From Piromyces finnis finn (taxonomy: Eukaryota; Fungi; Neocallimastigomycota): a stretch of 64,000 bases of DNA. The stretch lies in contig MCFH01000079.1 in assembly GCA_002104945.1 (NCBI GenBank), positions 62,001 to 126,000 of the forward strand. The letters run 5' to 3'. Positions 17,201 through 31,269 of this stretch are shown here, piece by piece. A program made the translations under genes and the position numbers. The notes under the pieces were generated by a model. The model made no database searches. It saw only the letters and a program-made list of their open reading frames with translations, and was not told the DNA's origin. Positions within the stretch are counted from its first letter, which is position 1; every line of letters begins with the position of its first letter.

Positions 17201-18023
17201 AATATATTATTGATTTCTACCTTTTTCATTTATAATACTTTTTACACCAAAACTAAGTATTAATTGGGCACAATCTAAGTGACCTTTTGAAGCAGCAATA
17301 TGTAATGGAGTCCATTTAGCTTCATTTGTTTTTCCTTTAATTAAAATTTCAATGTATTCTGGGTCTAATTGGAATAATAATTTTAATGTATCGATATAAC
17401 CTTTATGAGTACAAAGATGCATAGCATTACAACCTTCATCATTTTTTTCCAAAACTGTTGATGCATAATTTAATGTAGTAAGATTATCTAAAATATAATC
17501 TACTAAATGGGCATGACCATAACTTTATTTTTTTAATTATTAATTATATAATAAATACAGATAGTGTTATTAGATGATGGAAAAAATAGAATTTAATGAT
17601 TTTTTATTTATTCTAGTAATAGAAAAAAAAATTTTTTTTTAAAAAAGCTTTACCGGCATGCATATAAAAACGGTGTGTTTCCATTTTCATCTTTGAATTT
17701 TATCTTTGGATATTGAACTTTTTGGGCGAGAATTTTGTATTCATTAGTATTTACTCCAAGAGCTGAATCTTTTAATAAAGTACTTTATATTTAAAATAAA
17801 AAAGGTGAATAAAAAAAAGAAGAAAATAATAATATTAATAATATATTATTTATTTAAATTTTTAAAAAATAAATGGTTGAATCATTTAAAATTACATTAA
17901 ATTTTCTTTTCTTTCTCTAGCTTTCTTTTCTTTTATTTTTTGATAAGCTACATATGAAACAATAAAACCAGCTGATACAGCTGATGTTGTAATAATTAAT
18001 TTTTTCTTATCTCTCATGGCCAT
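14230..18023 (-). CDS. N-terminal hydrophobic anchor + ankyrin repeats + degenerate SIRT2/Hst2-like sirtuin domain, multi-exon
   Basis: Exon 1 MAMRDKKKLIITTSAVSAGFIVSYVAYQK. About 9-10 ANK repeats (GNTPFLYAC, KWTPLHIAASKGH, GRTPLHYAA, GSTPLTSA, GFTPLISA, GSTALHHAC). Sirtuin fold LFTTNVD, SYGSF, CTKC..CPKC, LQPDIIF, YPFDQLISNVPMNCARLFINK, NYRDVVMIGD. Not every internal splice junction was phase-checked. Confidence 0.85.
16686..17203. repeat. Compound (AAACT)n-(AAAAT)n pentanucleotide array in an intron of the ANK-sirtuin gene
   Basis: About 11 AAACT units followed by about 90 AAAAT units. Confidence 0.97.
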
Positions 18024-20412
18024 TTTGGAATATTAAATATATTATTTATAAATTGATATTTGATTATATTATAATTCTATTACAATAAAAGAAATATAAT
18101 AAAGGTAATAGATATACATTAATTAAACGAATAGAAATCATTAATACTTTTATCTTTAACAAATTTTATTAAATTTATAATATATCATATTGAATAGATT
18201 TGATATAATTTTTAACAAAAATCATTTCAAATAACTTTCAAATAATTTATAATTATTCTGCTTACATAATATTAAAGCTTATTTTGCATATTATTTGTTT
18301 ATAATGTAAAGTGCTTGCAATACATCAATTACAAATTTATATTTAAATTATGTTGTGATGGAAAAGCAACAATTAAAATAATGGAAAATAAATGGAATTT
18401 CTATTTATGAATTTATAACAAAAATAGTGTATAAAAAAAATTAAAATTATTATAAAAGAAAAACAAAAAAAAAAAAAAACAAAAAAAAAAATTTTTTTTA
18501 ATTGAAATACTTTAAAAATGTATTTGCTTTTTTTTCATTAATAATATGTATTACAAAAATTTTTTTATAGGATACAAAAAAAAAAAAAAAAAGTTAATGT
18601 TACTTGTAATTTTATAATATTAATCTTGAAGAATTTATAAATAGAACAATATTAGATAGAGTGGGTGGTATAATATACTTTCATTAAAATAAATATGTTA
18701 ACTATAAAATATACAATAAAAATTTGATTAATAACTTAAAATGCATGAGTACATAGTACCTACATTTTTTAAATAATTTTTACATAGTTAACCTAAATAA
18801 TAGGAAGGAAAAAAAAATCTATACTTTTTTTTTTATTTTATGGATAATAATTTATATTCTTTTTTTTTTAAATAGCGGAAAACATAGAATTGCTAAAATA
18901 GTCAACAAAAAAGTAGTAAAATATAAAACAAACTTTATTTTAATGTATGTTTTAATCATTGTCTATTTATTAGTAGTGGTGACCAATTAGTTATTATAAC
19001 TTTATAATAACAAAAGTACTAAATATATTAATAAGAGAAAATCAACATATAAGATGGAAATATAAATAACAGTAATACAATATTTATTAGCTTCATTTAA
19101 TCCTTTACTAGTAATTATAAATAACGAAAGAACCATATCAAGAAGAATAGATAAGAGTTGAAATATAATTATTATATGATTTATTTTTAAGAGAATAATA
19201 AATAAATTAATAATACACAATACATAAAATAATTCATTCCAGAAATTTAATTGATGGATTTTCAATATTATAATTGTCATTTTCTTTTGATTTGCTGTTA
19301 AATATATATATATATACGAATTTGTGTATTTTAATTGTTTTTTTTTCGCCTTTTTTAAAGTCTCCAGCTTTTGTATATTTAATCTTTTAAATCTCTCTTC
19401 ATTTAATGTTGATTTTTCAGATTGTGCAATAAAATATTTATTATTATTATTATTATTTTTTCAAAATATAAACATTATACAAGAAATAACCAGCAATGAA
19501 TAAATCCATTTAAAGTTATTAGAGTTTTTTCATCTAACTATTCCTGTTAAAAAAAAAAAAACATAACAAATTTTTTATAAATATATATAAATTAAATACA
19601 CAATATAGTCAATATGAATATTATTCATGTATAGTTTAGCCATTTCTTTTTTTTTTTTTTTATTAAATAAAGGAAAAAAAAGAATATAAAGTTTTTATTA
19701 ATTATCATTTACTTTTTTCTTTTTTGTTTCATTTCATAATCAGTAATTGAAAAGAATTTCTGTAAATTATCATATAATCATATTTATGTTTTTTTTTATG
19801 GTTACTTCAAGATAAAATATTATCATAATAATTTAAAAAAGTTAAATTTTAAAATTATGAAATATAAAAAGTGAAGAAAATATGTATTAACTATATTTAG
19901 AATTATGAATTTTATTTATTATATAATTATGTCTCATAGAGAATTATTTAATTAAAAGTCAAAAACAACATTTTAATTGTTAATATTAAAACAAACAAAT
20001 TACAGCTGGTTATTTTATTTTAGAAAATACTATATATTAATGATCGTAATGCTTGATGAATGAACAACCATTAGATATTAAAATATATTTAAAATGTTAT
20101 ATATATTGAATTTTACATAGAAAAGAAATGAGATGGCATAAATAGTGAATAAATAATTGTAAATATTTAAAAAGATTAAGAAATATGAAAGAAAAGTAAT
20201 TAATAAAATTTAAATAAAAAACTGAACTGTATAAAGGTAACCATTTCTTTTTATATTAAATTTTTCTATGTTATTAACTAGCCAATAATATTATGGTTGT
20301 ACTTATCGAAGCTTTACCAAAAAAAAAAAAATTTCAAATAAAATTTACCTGAAAAAAATAATTATTATTATTTTTAATAAAAAATATTTTTAGATAATAA
20401 TCAATAGTAAAA

Positions 20413-22413
20413 ATGAATAATAAAGCAGAAAGTGAATATGCCATTGAAGTTAAAAACTTGAATTTTGGATATGGTAACGAAAATATTTTAGAAAATGTTA
20501 ATTTATCATTAAAGCCAGGTTCTCGATGTCTCCTTGTAGGTGCTAATGGAATAGGTAATTAAATTAAAAATTTTTAAAATTAAAAATAACAATAAAGTAT
20601 AAATGCCATTATCAATATTATTATATATATGTATAAACTCACCATTTATAATAATTATAAATAATTGATAAAAATTAAAATATTAAAATATTTATAAATT
20701 TAAAGGTAAATCCACTTTATTAAGAATTTTAGCAGGAAAGAGACTTACAAAAAATAACGTAAAGGTTTTAGGGGAAGATCCTTTCAATTCAATCAATTCA
20801 CAAGTAATTATTTATAAAAAAATAAAAAATAAAATTTTAAATTTCAAATTTCAAAATAATTAAAAAAAAAATTTTTAAATTTCAAATTTCAAAATTCATT
20901 TTTAACAATTTATTTAAAAAAATTTTTAAAATAATTATAAAATTATAATGAATGATATCAAAGGATATTACATACCTAGGTAACATTTACTTATAAATTA
21001 TATACAAAAATTGTATATGGATATATATATTCAACTTTTTTAATTATTTTATAATTTTAAAATTAAGGAACTGAATGGGCTACTAATCCAATTGTTAGAA
21101 GAGATATTCTTGTTTCAGATTTAATAAAGTAAAAAAAATTCATTTAATTGCATTACTATTTATGTCTTTATTATGCAACACTAAAATTCTAATTATAATT
21201 ATTTCGATAATAAAAACTGAATATATAAATTGTATAAAGAACTACCAATAAAGATAAATACGCAGAACGTTGTGAGAAACTTTTAAAAGTACATATATAT
21301 ATAGGCATTTCTATTTTATTAAAAATATTATTTTTAATTCAATTTTCAAATTTCAAAATTTAAAAATCATCTAAAAATAATTTAATTATGCATATAATTT
21401 TTTTCAATACTATAAAGCTAATGAATGGTAATAAAAATTCTATTATATATATATATAATTATTAAATAATAAAATATTTTTTTAAACTTTAAATTGTCAT
21501 ATTAGTTAACAAGTTTATTGTTTTAATATTTTATAGTTAACCTCAATTGGCGATTACATAAAGTTAGTGATGGTGAACGTCGTCGTGTTCAAATTGTTTT
21601 AGGTTTAATTAACCCATTTAAAGTTCTTTTATTAGATGAAGTTAGTCATTATTGAAAATATTATATGATAAATATAGGAATATTTAATGTTCATCAAATT
21701 CGTTTATTTATTTATATTAATATAAATGCGGTTTAACAACAAAAATAACTTCTAAAATAGGTTACTGTAGACTTAGATGTATTAGTAAGATCGTCATTAA
21801 TAAAGTTTTTAAAAGAAGAATCTGAAACTAGAAATGTTACAATTGTATATGCTACACATATATTTGATGGTATCGGTGACTGGCCAACTCATGTATTTAA
21901 AAATAAAATATATATATATATAAATTTTATATACTATTTAAAATATATATGATACCTCAATTCTAAAATTGTAATGTTTAACATAAAGGTGGCTCATTTA
22001 GCTGAAAAGCATATTAAGGAATTCTATACTATTGATGAAGTTATGAATTTTCCAGAAGTTAAAAATCAAAAAATTCATATTTTCAATTCATTATTATTAA
22101 CTATTGTAGAAAAATGGTTAAGAGAAGATTACCAAAATGAATTGAAGAGAAGAAATGAAAATACTGAAAATAAGGAAAGTTTAACAAAGTGGGATGAACT
22201 TGCTAATATGAAGAAATATGGTGATAAGGTGAATAAATATATTTTAGAAAAAAAAAATTATATGTGAACTATTTAAAAAAAAAACAATTTATTAAATTTT
22301 ATTTTTATTTTTTATTTTGCTCTAAATTTAACTATTTAAAATCACATTAGTATTATAATTATTGGTACAATATATATGATGAGAATCCAAAAAGTGATGC
22401 AAGAATTAATTAA
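20413..22413 (+). CDS. CAF16: Soluble ABC ATPase, CAF16/ABCI-like, 10 exons
   Basis: Walker A GANGIGKST, ITYLGTEW, degenerate signature [11 protein letters not shown], Walker B LLLDEVTVDLD, H-loop YATHIFDG, no TM domain. The phase-consistent model needs two microexons. Confidence 0.9.
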
Positions 22414-23901
22414 AATCCGAATTCATATCAAGATAAAAAAAAAAAAAAGAAAACATTAAAACCAAAATAAAAATATTCTAAAGAAAATCTATTATTAATT
22501 TCTGTAATACCAATTTAAAATAATTTTAAAAAAAAGTTTCAAATGTGTATATACCAAAATATTTATTGAAAATCTCAATAATATAAATAAAAAAATTGAA
22601 AATTTTCAAACAATAAATACAATTTTAATGATTATACATATAATAAACCTTTATTATACCTTGATGGTATTTGAAATATTTTATATATTTATAGTTTTTC
22701 TTTTGATATACTTGTTCTTCCATTAAATAATACATTTAAAAAAACTGACAATCATATATATATTTTAAGTATTTTATTAGTACTATATTGATTAAATCAA
22801 ATTTTACTTCATCCAAATATTAATTTTAATTTTTCTGATAAAAATTACACTATTTTCATTTTTCATTCATTATTAATGTGAATAAAAAAATAAAAAGGCG
22901 ATGTATTATACAAGATTTATTTCATTGATAGTAACATGAGATCTTTTTTTTTTTTTCTAATAAAGAGTTTCCGATTATTGAAAAATAATATCAATAATCA
23001 ATAATATTTTTTTATTATATATATTTTTAGAGCATTTTATTGTATGAAATAATAAATATTTATATAAAGCTATGATAAAAATAATAATATTAATAATACT
23101 ACTACTCATAATAAAATATTAAATGGAAAATTAGAAAAAAAAAAAAAAATTTTTAATTATCTTAATAATTATAAAAATTTAAAGTGTAATCTTCTTTTAT
23201 GAGTAAAGTGATTTCCAAAAATAATTATAATTAAAGTTTTTATTACAACGAATTTAATATGTTTTTTTATATTTTAAAACTTTTTTCCGAAGTAATCAAG
23301 AAAAAAAAAATAATATCTTTGATATTTTATTATTATTATTATTATTATTACTATTATTAAAAAAAAAAAAAAAAAAGAAATGAAAAAAAAAATATTTATT
23401 TAAAAAAACAATTTTTTTTTTTTAATTTTTGCTTAATTACAACAATAATTGTCATTTCATTTCTATATATGTATGATTTATATTTTAATAAGATGTTTTA
23501 TTTAATTTAATGTTTCATATATATATATTATTTTTTTTTATTACTCATTAAGTTTTTTTTTTTTTTTTTTTCAATTCAAAATAAAACAAACATTATCATA
23601 CATTCATCTTTTTTTTTAATTTTGCAACTTGATTTATGTAGCTTATTACTATTTTATAATTCAACAATTGATTATTACAATCCGTTAATTCTATCTTCAA
23701 ATGTCTTTTTTTTTTTTTTTTTTTTTTTCTATTAAAAAAAACTAATTTTTAAAAAAATTATATTTTTTATTTTATTTTATTTTTTTTTTTTTTAGCAAAA
23801 TAATTTAATTTTTTTTTTTATTTTAATTTTCTTTCTTTTTTTTTTTTTTTTCAGTATATCATATCAATTATTATTAATTTTAATATAACAAGCAATATAA
23901 T

Positions 23902-26900
23902 ATGGATGATAACAAAATAAAGGATGTTCTAAAGGAAGAAAATACTAGATGTGAAATATATACTTTTTATAAAAATGAGTACTGTGATACACCAACTCGA
24001 GTATTATTATATATAGCATTAAGTGGGTTCGCAATTGTTGGGTTTTTGATCATATGTTTTTTGATTGCATCATGCCTTCGGTTTAAACGCTATAAGGAGA
24101 AAAGAGAAATGGAATTAATTACCCCAGTATCTTCAGAATTACGGTTAAAAGAATGTGTAAATAAAAAATATCCAAAATATAGTCGAAAAAATTCAAATCA
24201 ACATCAAGATTATCATCAATCTACTAATTATCATTCAAATAATAATAACAACAATAATAATGGAAATACTGGAATAATCGAAGAAGAATATAAATATAAT
24301 TATGATTATAGTCAGCCTATAACAAATACTAACACTAACAATAATGGAAATACAAACATCAATATTAATATTAGTCGAGATGACACACCAATTCCGGTAC
24401 ATCATATAAGAGAAAGAAACAAAGAAATGCAAGTAGAAAGATTTAATGAAAATTTAAATTCATTATATCAATCTTCAAATTATAAAAAACTCTATCCAAA
24501 TTTATCCTATGGAAGTAATATTGATCAGGTTAATAATAGTGATAATATATATAATTCCCAAGTAAGTAGTTATCACAATGAACATTATAATTTGGATGAA
24601 CCATATTATTATAATGATAATAATAATAATAATAATAATAATAGAAAGAAATCGTTAACAAATGTTGAATATTATAATTCAAGGCAATACTATGATGAAA
24701 GTATAGATTATGATAATAAGGAGGATACCTATGAGAACAATATAAATAGTAGTAGAAATAAAATTAAAAATGTTGCCTATCCAATGAATAATAATAAAAA
24801 TTATTATAGAGAAAGTTATGAAAAATATACTTCAAATGGTCGAAAAAATGACAAAATAAATAGCAACAACAACAACAATAATTATAATATAGATAAATAT
24901 AATGGTAAAATATCAATTCAAATAAACCAATCACCTAACAAAAATAATAATGAAAAAAATAATAGAAATCAAACGAATCGCTATGAAAATAATAATACTA
25001 GCAACAACAACAACAATAATAATAATGATAATAAAAACAATAGCGATATGATATATTCTAAACGCAATACTAATAATTATGAAGAGAAAAACAAAAAAAT
25101 ACAAAATAATAGTAATTCAAAAAAAAATAAAAAAATTCGTGGAGATGATAGCAACGACACATTAAATAAAAATAATATTAAAGAAATTTATAAAAACGGT
25201 AGTGATTCTACAATTTACATGAAAGATTGTCAAAAAATTTATCCTCAAGAAGAGATAAATACAATTGAAGGTCAAAAGGAAGAAAAAAAGGTTGAAGTCA
25301 GTAAGAAGCATAATGTATCTAGTCATCATGATCATAATATTATTTATTTTGATAATCAAGATTGTGTTAATAACACTAATCAGGAGGAATATATACATCA
25401 AAATATTAATCATAATAGAAACAGTAAAATGGATCAACAGGAAATGAAAATGGTATGTACAGTGAATCGTACAAGCATTAAAACCAAAATGGATACCATT
25501 TCTCCAAACATCAAAAGTAACAGTATAAATTCAGATAATGATAATTATATTAGTAATACTACCATTAAAAAGGATAATCATGATGATGATAGGGATAAAA
25601 AAACGAATAAAGTAAATAATATACAAAATATTGAAAAAAATGAAATAACGTTAGATCAAGTTAAAAATTTGACTCGTCCAGTATTACAATTACAACATCA
25701 ACAATCACCGCCATCACCACCTCTTATTGAATCAGAGAAAAATAAGAAAACAAAATCAGTTAATTTTGCACCCTTGAATTATAAAAGTAATCTTATACGA
25801 AATCTTAATTCTATCTCACCATCAAATAAAGTAGGCGGTCAACGTAAAATATCAGAAATTAAGTTAAGAAACTATCGACCTAGAAAAGAAGAGCCCAATA
25901 ATAATAAAAGTAATAGTAACAGTGATAACAACAGTAATGACTATAATACTGTTACAAAGGAAAAGTCTTCATCAAGGAAAATTAGTGAAATTGAATTTGA
26001 AAGAATAGATTCGTTTGAAGAGGTACAACGTTCAATTAATACCTGTGAAAATGAACAAATTAAAAATCAACAATACCTAAACTATATGAACAATATTAAT
26101 GCTAATTTAAATCTTCCATCGATACCGGTTAGCAATTCATTAAGTATTGAAGAAAATTTAAATGAAATGAAAAAAAGGAAAAATGAAATGGGTGAAGAAG
26201 AAGTGAATGCTGTTAAAAGCAGTGGAAAAGAAAAAGGAATATTGAAAAGACCAAAGTCAGCAAAAAATAGTTCAAGTATGCCTATAAAATTAAGATTTTA
26301 ATTATTATAATTTTAATATACATATTTATAAATATTTTTATTATTTGAATTTTTTCCCCTCCTTTATAATATTATCATTATGATTTTAAATATATATATA
26401 TATATAATATATTTAAATAGAAAAAAAAAGTGAAGGGATTTCTAATGAAAATCAACTTCAAAGGAAGATAATGAATAATCCAATGGTACAAAACTCAAGT
26501 CCTATTTCAAATAGCCATCAAAAAAATTATTTAGGTAATTATAATATATATATATATAATATTGCAAATAATATTATCCTTTTTAATATTAAATATATAT
26601 TATATGTATATATATGTATTAATATATCACAAATTAAGAAATGAATCCAAATTCTACTCAAAATTTCCCTATTACACCAAATGCTAATTATACATGTCAT
26701 CAAATTACCGATAATTGTTCTGTGAAACAAGTACCAATATCATCTATATGTAATAATTATTTTTCTTCAACACACCCCACTGATAGTGATAATCATTATA
26801 TAAATAATAACAATAATAATAACAACAGTATAAATATCTACCCAGATATTAATATAGATGAAGAGCAAGAACCAGCAGATAAAGTATTTGTTTTACAGAA

Positions 26901-27381
26901 CCGCTATAGAAATCATTCTCCACTTCCTCAATCGATAGAAGATGATTATACGAATCAATCATGTCCTATCTCTTCTTATACCAATAATATGCCTCCAACT
27001 ATGATGCTTTACGATATTGAAGATAATAATGACTACTCTGATGACATACCACAAAGACGTATGATTTCCTCAGCAGAAAATAATATCCCAGGTCCACCTC
27101 CTACTGCTTCCAGTTCATATATTCCTCATCATAATAATAACAATTCAAGACCTGTTAGTCAATCCATCCATCCAAATTCCTATTACTTTAATGATGATCT
27201 AAATAATAATGGAAATCCAAATGGTCCTGATTATCCAATACATTTCAGTTATCAATCACCTACATACTATGATGATTCCCAAAATCAAATATATTTAAAT
27301 AATATGGTCATACCATTTCAAAAACCAAAAGTATGTGTTCGGGAAGCACCAATACTAAAACATTCCAATACTAATTATTAA
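23902..27381 (+). CDS. Single-pass membrane protein with long Asn-rich disordered tail, 3 exons
   Basis: TM helix VLLYIALSGFAIVGFLIICFLIASCL. The 799-aa ORF joins 26421-26534 and the 26641 ORF through phase-compatible introns (donor 26276 GTATGC, acceptor 26420; donor 26535, AAG acceptor before GAA ATG). Confidence 0.7.
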
Positions 27382-29303
27382 TGGAAACTTAAAAAGATAA
27401 AAAAATTATTAAAAAAATAAAATAAAATAAAATAAAAAATTAAAAGTATAAAAATATTTATTAGTAAATTGATTAAGAAAAAAAATATATATATAATATA
27501 TATCTATATCATTTATACATTTTTAAAATTCGTGATTTTTAAAAATAAACACAATAATAAATACAATAATAAATCTATTGATAATAAAATTAATGTGTTA
27601 CTTCATTTTACTAGAGTGTAATATAAAAAATATTGAAGTAATAAAAAAGAATAATATTTTTATCTAATGAATTTATTATTTATTTATTTATATTAATAAA
27701 TAACAAGAATAAAAATGTTTATGATGAGAAAGATTTTTATTATAATAAATATTTAAATATAATATTTTATTTTTGTTTTTATTTTTGTTTATTCATTATT
27801 ATAGCTTAATTTACGTATGGCTGCTGGTTGATCCTGTTGGATTGACCATATATTGATTATTAATTACATCAAAAAAAGGAAAAGAAATTTTAATAGTCAT
27901 TCTTAAAGTCAATAAAAAAATGTACGTTTTTTCATAGGAAAAGATAAATTGAAGAATTATTCAAACCAAAAAAAAAAATAAGTTTAAAAATATTATTTTT
28001 CAAAGTTACTATTTCAATTTCTTCTTCTTTCTCATCTTAAAAAAATTTTTTTATTATTAAAATTCAAAGGTGCATTTTAAAAAAAGTGGTTTTTATTAAA
28101 TTTATTTAATTTATAAGATATTCATTCATTTATTTTAATAAATTATATTATGCCATTTTTTTTTAAAATTTTTCCATTTTTTATATATTGTCATTTTTTA
28201 ATTAGGATAAATAATTAAAAATTAAAAAAAAGGCATAATTTTTTTTTAGTATATAAATAGAGCAAAATTTCCACAAAAAAAAAAATAGAAAAAAAGCCTT
28301 ATAAATAAAAAGAGAATAGATTTATTGTAAAAAAAAAAAAACTTCTCAAATAATAATAAGCAATTATTTTTTTTAAAAATCTTTTAAAAAAAACTTTTAT
28401 CAAATAAAAAATCTTTATATAAAAAAAAATGAAATAAAAATATATATTTCAATAATGATTAAAGTTTCATATATATTTATAAGGTCTTAGATCTATGGAT
28501 AAAAATTTTTTTATTTTTACAAAAGAAAAATTACAAATATAAACACAAAATTGTGAATATTTTTCGCATTTTATTGGTAAATATTAAATTAAAATTAAAA
28601 ATAAAAAGTATAAATTAGGAATGTTAAATTTAATATATCAAAAAAAAAAAAAACTATAAATTTAATATATCATAAAAAACTATAAGAAATAGTGAAAAGA
28701 AAAGTATATATAAAATAAAATAAATTTTAATTATTTAAAAAAAGAAAATAGTTTTTTATTTTATAATTAAAAATAGCATTATTTCAAGTAAAAATATTAT
28801 TTTTTATATTTTTAAATTAGAAAAAAAAAAATAATATTTTAATTCACTTTAGAGATTTATTAAAAAAAAAACGTTATATATATATTTTATTAATAGTAAC
28901 AAAAAGAAAGCAGTAAAATCATAGAGGAAAAAAAATAATAAAGTGAGTATTTTTTTTCTTTTTTTTTAAATAAATGATTATATCATGATTATAATATTAT
29001 TTAATTAATATTTAATCTACAAAGTGTAATAAATATTTTTTTTCTATGAAAAGAAATATTTATACAAATTATTATTTTCAAATAGATTGAACCATATTAA
29101 AATAATTTGTATAAAATATATAAAATAAAAATAATCATAATTATAATTATTTATAAAATGAAACTATAAGAATTTGATAAATACTCTAAAGTATTTTGTT
29201 TTTATTTTATTATAAAAATAATAAAAAACTTTAAATAATAGTTTATATAATAACACTTTTCATTTTATTTGAAAAAAAATACAGAAATATTATTAATACA
29301 ATA

Positions 29304-31269
29304 ATGAGAAATTATAGCATAGAGGGTTCAGAGGAAGAAAGGACAGCATTATTAGTAGACAATGATATACAAAATAATAGCTATAGTAGTATAGAACGAG
29401 AACGTGTAATATGTAGGGGATACGAAAGTAATAATGAAAGTAAAAGTAAATTAGTTAAAGTAGTTTGTGTATCTTCTTTATTCTTTTTATTAGAATTTAC
29501 AGGAGGTTTAATATCAGGTTCATTAGCATTATTAAGTGATAGTTTTCATTTATTATCAGGTATTTATATATAAAGTTTTTATTTTTTTTATTTTTATAAA
29601 TATTTTTCAATTTGTTTTTTATAAATTTATAAATTACAAAAATTTTAATCATAAAAATTCTTTAATAGATGTTATTGGATTTTTAATATCATTAATTGCT
29701 GTCATTGTATCACAAAAAAAAGCTACCAAAAGTAAGTATAAAAAATTTTTTTCCTAAAAAAAAAAAAAAACAATTGAATAATATATTAAAATCAAATAAA
29801 AAATTTATTAATTAATTTTAAAAAAAAAAAAAACACGTTTTTATTAAAAATATTAAAAAAATTTTTTTAATGATTAAAAAATATTTTTAATACTTTGAAA
29901 TTAATTTTTTTTATGATTAAAAAATATTTTATTATTTTTAATGCTATGAAATTAATTTTTTATATGATTAAATAGAATATTCCTTTGGATACCATAGAGC
30001 AGAAATAATAGGTGCTTTACTTTCTTTGGTATTCATATGGGTATTAACTATTGGTTTAATTATTGGGGCTATTAATCGCTTAAAGAACCCAGTTGAAATT
30101 AATGCTAAAGTAATGTTAATCACTTCAATAGCTGGTGTTATCATTAATATTATTTTAGCATTAACTTTAGAACATGGTCATAGTCATAGTCATAGTCATG
30201 GCCATAGTCATGGTCATAGTCATAGTCATAGTCATGGAAATATCCAAAGTAATAATCATGAACATGAACATCATGTAAATGTAAATGAACATCATGTAAA
30301 TGAACATGAACATCATATAAATGAACATAATAATGAAGAAAACGGTCACAATTTAATTGAACATTATGAAAAGGTAAACAATATAAAGTATAAAGAATAT
30401 TTCATAACAAGTTATTTATATAATATTTTAAAACTATATTTTTTTTAATTTAATTTTTCAATATAATTATGAATTTCATAGGAAAATATTAATGTAAAAG
30501 CAGCAATTATTCATATCGTTGGTGATTTGATATCATCTATTGGTGTTGTGATTGCTGCAGTTATTATTTATTTTGATCCTAGTAAAGTTTATATCGATCC
30601 AATTTGTACTTTTATCTTTTCAATTATTGTCATCTTTACCACAATCAATTTATTAAAGCAAGCATTAAGTGTTATTATGGAATGTAATTATAATTTATTT
30701 ATTTATATCATTTTATTTCTTTACTATTATTATTTATATTTATTTTTATCATTCATCCATATTTATCTTCATTACATCACCCATTATAAATTTTTATTTT
30801 GTTTTATTATTAAAGTATAAAAATAATATTGTGAATTACTAACAATTATTAAAAAAAAATTTAAATATTTTTTTTAATAGCTACCCCTGACCATATTGAT
30901 CCTGATAAAGTTAAAAAAGATTTGAGTGAAATTAAAGGTATTGTTGATATTCATGATTTACATATTTGGAACATTACAGTAGGTAAGCCCGCAATTGCTG
31001 CTCATATCAATGTTAAAAAAGAAAATCCAGTGTTTGAAGAGTATGAACGAATATTAAACAATGCTCAATTTATACTTTGTACAAAATATAATATTCATCA
31101 TACTACTCTTCAAATTGAATATATAAATGAAGAAGATCATCCTCTTTTAGATTATAATTCTTCATCCAGTTCTTCCACTCAAAATAATAAGAATGTCACT
31201 ATTGATATTCAACCTTTAGATAATAATTATCGTGAATATAGTTCAATACATTGTAATACAGAATTATAA
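29304..31269 (+). CDS. Cation diffusion facilitator zinc transporter (ZnT2/MTP1-like) with His-rich loop, multi-exon
   Basis: SGSLALLSDSFHLL, FGYHRAEIIGALLS, long (HG/HS)n loop, NINVKAAIIHIVGDLISSIGVV, IDPICT, DIHDLHIWNIT. N-terminal acidic dileucine EERTALL. Confidence 0.93.

Noticed and set aside
16738-17229. (ILFYF)n ORF, and the same at 58364-58867
   Set aside because: Stop-free frames of (TTTTA)n arrays.
19002-19640. Hydrophobic 92-aa ORF and nearby exon-like pieces
   Set aside because: No consistent spliced model could be built; the composition is explained by AT-rich DNA.
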